Positions 37,895 through 42,978 of a DNA stretch of 42,978 nucleotides are shown here, one piece after another. The notes under the pieces are model-generated. The model saw only the letters and a list, made by a program, of their open reading frames with translations. It searched no databases and was not told where the DNA came from. Every line of letters starts with the position of its first letter. Position 1 is the first letter of the stretch. Both the position numbers and the translations under genes were made by a program. Source of the stretch: Candidatus Gastranaerophilales bacterium (lineage in GTDB: Bacteria > Cyanobacteriota > Vampirovibrionia > Gastranaerophilales > Gastranaerophilaceae); assembly GCA_944323405.1 (NCBI GenBank), contig CALUSJ010000057.1, forward strand, positions 1 through 42,978, in the 5' to 3' direction.

Positions 37895-37959
37895 ATTATA
37901 ATTACATATACAGTTTATAACAAGATAGAGTATATACGATTGTTAGAAAAATTTACAAA
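37895..37959 (-). promoter_or_regulatory. sigma70-like promoter plus HLR1-like repeat for the 628-aa gene
   Basis: Minus strand TTGTTA-N17-TATAAT; GTTAGAAA-aa-TTTACAAA at 37942-37959. Confidence 0.5.
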
Positions 37960-38018
37960 AATAATTATCAAGGAAATTTTAGGGCTGCTTGATTTGGTAT
38001 TTATGCTAAAATCTCTAT

Positions 38019-38624
38019 ATGAAATATAAGTGGCTTAATAAAGAAAACAATAAGAAGTTAATAATATTTTTCAATGGCTGGGGAATGGATGAGTGTGTTG
38101 TCGAACATTTGGAGCCTGGTGATTATGATGTAATTATGCTTTATGATTATAATTCTCTAGAGTTTGATTTTTCTTTTGTGCAAAAGTATAGTGAAAAGTA
38201 CTTAATAGCCTGGTCAATGGGTGTTATGTGTGCTTCAAATTTTGATATAGAATACAATAGTTCTACTGCAATAAATGGTACACTTAAACCGATTGATAAC
38301 AGCTTTGGAATCCCAGAAAGAATTTATGATTTGACATTAAATAATTTAAGCCCTGCAAGTTCTAAAAAATTTATTAGAAATATGTTTAAAGAAGCTGTCG
38401 AGTTACCTAAAATTAATAGAGAATTTGATAATATAAAAAAAGAATTAGAGGCATTAAGAATGTACAATACGAACTTAAACTTTAAATACAATAGGGTAAT
38501 AATAAGTAATGAAGATAAAATAATTCCGACCAAAAATCAGCTTGCTTTTTGGAACGTCTTGCCAAATGTAGATAGCGGTCACTGCCCATTTTTTAAATAT
38601 AAAAAATGGAGTGAGCTAATATGA
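38019..38624 (+). CDS. bioG: pimeloyl-ACP methyl ester esterase BioG (DUF452)
   Basis: LIIFFNGWGMD, AWSMGV nucleophile elbow, AINGT..PID..FGIP, DKII, HCPF; coupled to bioC. Confidence 0.85.
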   Translation: MKYKWLNKENNKKLIIFFNGWGMDECVVEHLEPGDYDVIMLYDYNSLEFDFSFVQKYSEKYLIAWSMGVMCASNFDIEYNSSTAINGTLKPIDNSFGIPERIYDLTLNNLSPASSKKFIRNMFKEAVELPKINREFDNIKKELEALRMYNTNLNFKYNRVIISNEDKIIPTKNQLAFWNVLPNVDSGHCPFFKYKKWSELI

Positions 38625-39355
38625 ATTCTGACTTAATACGAAGCAGGTTTGAAAAGAGTCTCAGTACGTATAATGAGAATGCTGCTGTTCAGAAATTAAT
38701 GGCACAAAAGCTTTATTCGCTGTTAGACGAAAAAAAATATAAAAAAATATGGGAAATCGGATGCGGAACAGGGGTTTTGACAGAGATATTGGCGAAGGAA
38801 CTGGACTTTGACTCATATATTGCAAATGATATGGTTGAAAAGTGCAAAGATTATATCAAAGGAATCAGTTGTAGAGTTGATTTTATACCTGAAAATTTGT
38901 ACGATTTAGTTCAAAAACAAACGGGGCCATATAATCTTATTATATCGAACGCAGTTTTTCAGTGGCTTGAAACCCCGGAAAATATTATAAGAGAGTTAAT
39001 CAAATTTTTAGAACCTGGCGGAAGCTTAATTTTTTCAACATTTGGGCCGGAGAATTTTAAAGAAATATATAGGACATTAGGAAAAACATTAAATTATTAT
39101 ACGATAGAAGATTGGAAAGATAAGCTGGGAGGCTTAATTTATTCTATAGAAGAAGATATTATTGAGCTTTCGTTTGAAAATGCAATAGACATATTAAGAC
39201 ATATGAAATATACAGGAGTAAATTCTATAGAAAGCATGCCTTGGACAAAAACAAAAATGTTAAAATTTGAAAATATATACAATAATTGTTGCAAAGGCAC
39301 GCCCTTACTAACATATAATCCAATTTATATTCATATTAAAAATATAATAAAATAG
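38621..39355 (+). CDS. bioC: malonyl-ACP O-methyltransferase
   Basis: RFEKSLSTYNENAAVQ, EIGCGTG, SNAVFQW, FSTFGPENFKE, LRHMKYTGVN, LTYNP. Confidence 0.9.
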   Translation: MNSDLIRSRFEKSLSTYNENAAVQKLMAQKLYSLLDEKKYKKIWEIGCGTGVLTEILAKELDFDSYIANDMVEKCKDYIKGISCRVDFIPENLYDLVQKQTGPYNLIISNAVFQWLETPENIIRELIKFLEPGGSLIFSTFGPENFKEIYRTLGKTLNYYTIEDWKDKLGGLIYSIEEDIIELSFENAIDILRHMKYTGVNSIESMPWTKTKMLKFENIYNNCCKGTPLLTYNPIYIHIKNIIK

Positions 39356-39431
39356 GACAGGCGGTTAATATCTTCAAATAAAAAAATGCTATACAATAAA
39401 TGCATTGATATTAAAAAACAAACGAGGTGAT

Positions 39432-40553
39432 ATGGAAACAGCTCACACCAATCCTATTGTAGATTCAAAAGATAATGTATTTGTCAACCACTACCAGTTA
39501 GAAGCTCTTTTGAAACACATTCCAGATTTGATTTATATGAAGGATCTAGATGGTAACTTTATAAATGGAACACGTAATGCAGTTGAATTTGTTAAGAGCG
39601 GCATAGATACAGAAAACGATATTAAAATTGATATGAAGAGTATCGAGAAAGAGATTTTGGAAGAAGATAATTCTGTAATTACTCAAGGCAAGACTATAAG
39701 CAATGAGAGAGAAGTTTATGATGTCAAAGGAATGCCGCATTATTATACGGTTTATAAAACACCGATATATGGCATGCAAAAACAAATAATCGGCATTGCT
39801 GTGAAAATTAATAATATAGATAAGTCTAAGTTATTGGAAGCTCAAAAAGAAACTTTTGTGGCGACATTGGGTCATGATTTAAAGAATCCAACATTGGCAT
39901 TAATTTCGGTATTGACTCTTTTATTGAAAGAGAATTTTGGCGCTTTAGCACCGGCGCAGCGAGAGATTTTGGATATGGCATTAGATTCTTGTTTTTCTAT
40001 GAAAGCTATGCTTTCTGGATTAATAGCAACATATCGAGACGGCAACGGTATTATAAACTTAAATTACGATCAATTTTCTTTAGAGGAATTGGTTATGGAA
40101 TGTGTAAATGAGATGGTTTGTTTAGCCAAAGATAAAGATGTAGGAGTTTCTATTCAAAAAGGCTGTAAAATTCCTACTGTTTATGGTGATAGAGTTCAGA
40201 TTAAAAGAGTTGTTATAAACTTGCTTTCCAATGGTATAAAATATGCTTATAAAAATTCTGTTTTGAATATATCAGTTTATAATGAGGGAAATTATACTTG
40301 TTTTAAATTTGAAAACAAAAGTCCTTATATTCCGCCAGATAAGATAGAAACAATATTCGCACAATATGTTTCATACGCTACGGCATATAAAGAACTTGGT
40401 ATTGGCTTAGGTCTTTACACTTCTCAAAAGATAGTGGAAGCGCATGATGGCAAAATATTTGTTGAGAGTTATAAGAAAGATAAAAATATCTTTGGCTTCA
40501 AACTCCCGAATGAACTGAAGAAGACTGATAAACCGAGAACGGTTATATTTTAG
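39432..40553 (+). CDS. cytoplasmic PAS-domain sensor histidine kinase (orphan)
   Basis: IPDLIYMKDLDG PAS, H-box LGHDLKNP, N-box NLLSNGIKY, GLGLY, HDGKI; GAGG RBS before ATG 39432. Confidence 0.92.
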   Translation: METAHTNPIVDSKDNVFVNHYQLEALLKHIPDLIYMKDLDGNFINGTRNAVEFVKSGIDTENDIKIDMKSIEKEILEEDNSVITQGKTISNEREVYDVKGMPHYYTVYKTPIYGMQKQIIGIAVKINNIDKSKLLEAQKETFVATLGHDLKNPTLALISVLTLLLKENFGALAPAQREILDMALDSCFSMKAMLSGLIATYRDGNGIINLNYDQFSLEELVMECVNEMVCLAKDKDVGVSIQKGCKIPTVYGDRVQIKRVVINLLSNGIKYAYKNSVLNISVYNEGNYTCFKFENKSPYIPPDKIETIFAQYVSYATAYKELGIGLGLYTSQKIVEAHDGKIFVESYKKDKNIFGFKLPNELKKTDKPRTVIF

Positions 40554-40561
40554 AAAGCTTG

Positions 40562-40909
40562 TTAGCAGCCTCTTGGCGGGTTCTTATAAGCATCGCTCCA
40601 GATTTGCTGAACTTTTTTTATAGCTTTGGAAATATTTTGTAATAATTTATCCGGGTTTTGAGCAAATTCTAAAGGTGATACATTCTTAGCTCCGTGGCTT
40701 CCGAGATAACCATATCTATGGTGAGCAAAACCAATTTCTTGAAGTCCTTCTGTAAAATATATATCTGTTTCTCTTGAATCAAGTTTTTTGATAAGATTGA
40801 TATTATTTTCATTAGAAACAAATTCTGAAATTTTGTTTAAGTCTTTAGTGTTGACTCGAGAAGGGAATCTTACGCCCTGAAAGTTTGTTGATGTTTTTTG
40901 TACTTGCAT
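40562..40909 (-). CDS. hypothetical protein with N-terminal TNFQG motif
   Basis: AAAGGAG RBS; MQVQKTSTNFQG. Confidence 0.75.
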   Translation of the reverse strand: MQVQKTSTNFQGVRFPSRVNTKDLNKISEFVSNENNINLIKKLDSRETDIYFTEGLQEIGFAHHRYGYLGSHGAKNVSPLEFAQNPDKLLQNISKAIKKVQQIWSDAYKNPPRGC

Positions 40910-41006
40910 GTGATATACTCCTTTATAAATTGATAGCGTATAAATAATATATCACAAAAAATTTTTTTATTATCAAGTAGTAATTTTATAATATTTTACG
41001 CATAAT

Positions 41007-41032
41007 AAAAAAAAGCCTCTTTTTTAAGAGGC
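41007..41032 (-). terminator. intrinsic terminator after 41111..41626
   Basis: Minus strand GCCTCTT-aaaa-AAGAGGC-T8. Confidence 0.8.
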
Positions 41033-41110
41033 GAGGGGAATTTAAGTTAATAGGTATACACTTCACATTATCTACACACTAAGAGTTTTTAGAGTTATTT
41101 AAACATCTTT

Positions 41111-41626
41111 TTACGAGAGTCCGAATCTAGGTACATTATCTCTGGCCTCCTGACTTGCTAATTGTTTAGCCGATTCTAACTCAGCCCGTTTCATTGTAAT
41201 TCTTTGTTCTATAGAATTCATCTCAAGCTGAATTTCTTTTTCTTTTTCGTTTAGAACCTGAATTTCTTGTTGTTTTAGAGCTTTCATTGATTCTTCTTTA
41301 AATTTAGCAAAAGCACTCATCTCTATTTGGTATTGTGTCATTGGATTACCTGTCCAAGGCACCATACCGCTCATTTTCATTGCCTGTAAGTTTTGCATTG
41401 CACTCATAGAGCTTGCCTGATTAGAAAACTGTGCAAACATTGCAGCTCTAGGCAGAAGCTCGGCAGACATTCCGGCAACATTGCTCATTGTCATTACAGA
41501 TGAGCCACCGAGGACACTCGCATACTTTTGATAGTTCGAAAGTCTGTTGCGGGTCTCTATTGCCTGCCTTTCTAAATAATTTATTTCACGTGTTAACCTC
41601 TGGACCAGCCAGAATGCCATTAACAT
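41111..41626 (-). CDS. Met/Gln-rich helical protein with N- and C-terminal coiled coils
   Basis: 171-aa ORF with own promoter motif and terminator; ends NVPRFGLS. Confidence 0.85.
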   Translation of the reverse strand: MLMAFWLVQRLTREINYLERQAIETRNRLSNYQKYASVLGGSSVMTMSNVAGMSAELLPRAAMFAQFSNQASSMSAMQNLQAMKMSGMVPWTGNPMTQYQIEMSAFAKFKEESMKALKQQEIQVLNEKEKEIQLEMNSIEQRITMKRAELESAKQLASQEARDNVPRFGLS

Positions 41627-41671
41627 AGTAAACCTACCTAACTTTTTCTAACCTTTTTTACCTTACATGAA

Positions 41672-41732
41672 TATAAAGTATTTTTACTTTTAAAAATTGC
41701 CTTTTTTCTTTTCTTTTGTTAAGATTTGTAAA
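41672..41732 (-). promoter_or_regulatory. GGCAAT-N16-ACTTTATA motif, copy 5, plus HLR1-like repeat; overlaps a divergent sigma70-like promoter
   Basis: Motif at 41672-41701; minus strand TTTACAAA-tc-TTAACAAA at 41715-41732; plus strand TTGCCT-N17-TAAGAT. Confidence 0.6.
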
Positions 41733-41756
41733 GATGAATTTTAAAGTGAGGTTTTT

Positions 41757-42206
41757 ATGATAAAAGATACATTGTTAAATGCGGAAGTGTACTATGGGTT
41801 ATCAGAAGGTATAGAAAAAGGACTGGAGTGGTTGCTAGTTACGGATTTCGGCAGTATTCCAGATGGGAGATATGTTATAGACGGCAATAAAGTTTATGCA
41901 AATGTACAAAGCTACGAGACAAAGCTTGATGCACTTTATGAGGCCCATAGAGATTATATAGATATACAATATATGATAAGCGGAGTTGAAAAAATAGGTG
42001 TAGTGAATTATGAAAAATGTGAAGTTGTAGAAGAATATGATAAAGAGAATGATATAGAGTTTTTAAAGCCAAAAAGAGCAGAAGAGTTTCTGCTTCTGCA
42101 AAAAGAAGGCATTCTGATTCTTTATCCTCATGACGCGCATAAACCTTCAATTGCGATAGAAAATCCACAACAAGTAAGGAAAGCTGTTGTTAAGGTTCAC
42201 ATATAA
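41757..42206 (+). CDS. YhcH/YjgK/YiaL (DUF386) family protein
   Basis: DGRYVIDG..VYANV..YET, EAHRDYIDIQY..SGVEKI, YPHDAHKP, RKAVVKV. Confidence 0.92.
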   Translation: MIKDTLLNAEVYYGLSEGIEKGLEWLLVTDFGSIPDGRYVIDGNKVYANVQSYETKLDALYEAHRDYIDIQYMISGVEKIGVVNYEKCEVVEEYDKENDIEFLKPKRAEEFLLLQKEGILILYPHDAHKPSIAIENPQQVRKAVVKVHI

Positions 42207-42213
42207 AAGAGGC

Positions 42214-42239
42214 GGCGGGAGCATCGAGATGCTCCCGCC
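42214..42239. terminator. GC-rich hairpin between convergent genes
   Basis: GGCGGGAGCAT-cgag-ATGCTCCCGCC. Confidence 0.8.
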
Positions 42240-42255
42240 TGTATGAGGAGAATTT

Positions 42256-42669
42256 TTAAGCTGCAAAAATATTTTTTGCATTTGTATCAATTTCGAAGTT
42301 ATACAATTCACCGTGGTAAGGGTTTTTTTCAGAGGCTTCATTATTAGCAGAGTAAATATTCCATAACTCGCCGAATACAGGTTTTTTTACTTCTTGCCTT
42401 TTTTTAGCTTGAGATTTTAAATAATTCAATGTAGCACTAAGGGATTTATTAATGCTGATTTGAGTTGAAGCTTTTAAGGCTGTTAATTGAGGGTTGGTGT
42501 AGAGTTCTTTTAATTGCCTGTCTCCTTCAAAAAGAGTTTTTTCAATAATTTTTTGAGTAGCTTCAGAAGTTGCCCCTTTCCTGTTAAGGATATTTTTGGC
42601 AGCATTTCTTAGATTTTCCCTATTTTCGTATTCGTAGCTGTAACTATTTGTAGATACATTTAATCCCAT
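42256..42669 (-). CDS. hypothetical protein under a sigma-28 promoter
   Basis: 137-aa ORF, AAGGA RBS; ends NIFAA. Confidence 0.8.
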   Translation of the reverse strand: MGLNVSTNSYSYEYENRENLRNAAKNILNRKGATSEATQKIIEKTLFEGDRQLKELYTNPQLTALKASTQISINKSLSATLNYLKSQAKKRQEVKKPVFGELWNIYSANNEASEKNPYHGELYNFEIDTNAKNIFAA

Positions 42670-42705
42670 TTTCAGATTCCTTTTTTTTATCCCTTTTCAA
42701 TATAT

Positions 42706-42733
42706 ATATCGGCATTTTTTCTGAAAACTTTAG
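42706..42733 (-). promoter_or_regulatory. sigma-28 (FliA/SigD) promoter
   Basis: Minus strand CTAAA-N15-GCCGATAT, matching the TAAA-N15-GCCGATAA/T consensus. Confidence 0.8.
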
Positions 42734-42749
42734 GGTTTTAGCAGAAAAT

Positions 42750-42767
42750 GTTACAAAACTTTACAAA
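42750..42767 (+). promoter_or_regulatory. perfect HLR1-like direct repeat
   Basis: GTTACAAA-ac-TTTACAAA. Confidence 0.6.
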
Positions 42768-42822
42768 AATTTTATGGAGAATTCAATAAGTGCAATTTTT
42801 CTTTTTTGTAAAATCAAGTGCA

Positions 42823-42896
42823 AATGTAAATTTTTGTAACGTTTGCTATAAAAAAGTGTTATAAAAAATATCCAATGTGGCATTAATAAAGTATAA
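42823..42896 (+). promoter_or_regulatory. regulatory cassette copy B with perfect HLR1-like repeat and TATAAT
   Basis: Reverse complement GTTACAAA-aa-TTTACATT at 42823-42840; blocks shared with 34249-34318. Confidence 0.65.
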
Positions 42897-42918
42897 TACT
42901 AAAAGGATATAGTATACG

Positions 42919-42978
42919 ATGTCGTCGAATTTAAAAGAGCTTTATACAAGGAAAGGAATGTATATTTGCCTCAAACCC
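42919..42978 (+). CDS. probable start of a gene truncated by the window edge (start codon uncertain: ATG 42919, ATG 42958 or TTG 42966)
   Basis: TATAAT and AAGGA-type RBS motifs upstream; frame open to the edge. Confidence 0.3.
   Translation, partial: MSSNLKELYTRKGMYICLKP

Noticed and set aside
37913-37944. AACAAT...TGTTATAA as a GGCAAT-type promoter for the 628-aa gene
   Set aside because: Too degenerate; a sigma70-like TTGTTA-N17-TATAAT fits better
1312-42341. The many other 60-127 aa ORFs overlapping longer genes (e.g. 12948..13304, 21902..22192, 26965..27348, 36118..36426, 37272..37580, 41875..42168)
   Set aside because: Antisense or off-frame to well-supported CDSs, with shadow-like composition and no RBS or motifs

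Overview
AT-rich bacterial chromosomal window. Cyanobacteria-like housekeeping sequences (tRNA-Glu, RpoZ, YidC with a large insertion), no photosynthesis genes in the window and a sigma-28 promoter point to a non-photosynthetic Vampirovibrionia/Melainabacteria genome, probably Gastranaerophilales (inference). Recognisable genes are map, obgE, a TolC-family gene, yidC, prs, proB, thrC, plsY, mgtE, yajQ, ftsH, rph, nadK, rpoZ, a tadA-like deaminase, pheA, rpsP and bioG-bioC, interleaved with about 12 genes I cannot assign. I saw no CRISPR array, transposase, integrase or phage gene. Main unexplained signals: (1) a bipartite motif (G/C)GCAAT-N16-(A/T)CTTTATA before five non-housekeeping genes, a candidate alternative-sigma regulon; (2) a recurring [S/A/N]-F-(x)-G motif after polar leaders in orphan proteins, repeated internally in two tandem-module membrane proteins; (3) direct repeats matching the cyanobacterial HLR1/RpaB box at many of the same promoters, including a shared ~70-bp cassette; (4) an unannotated 28-aa membrane peptide; (5) a ~95-nt structured RNA candidate between two terminators; (6) several apparent pseudo-enzymes; (7) five apparently leaderless genes. 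All calls come from reading motifs by eye; no searches were run.
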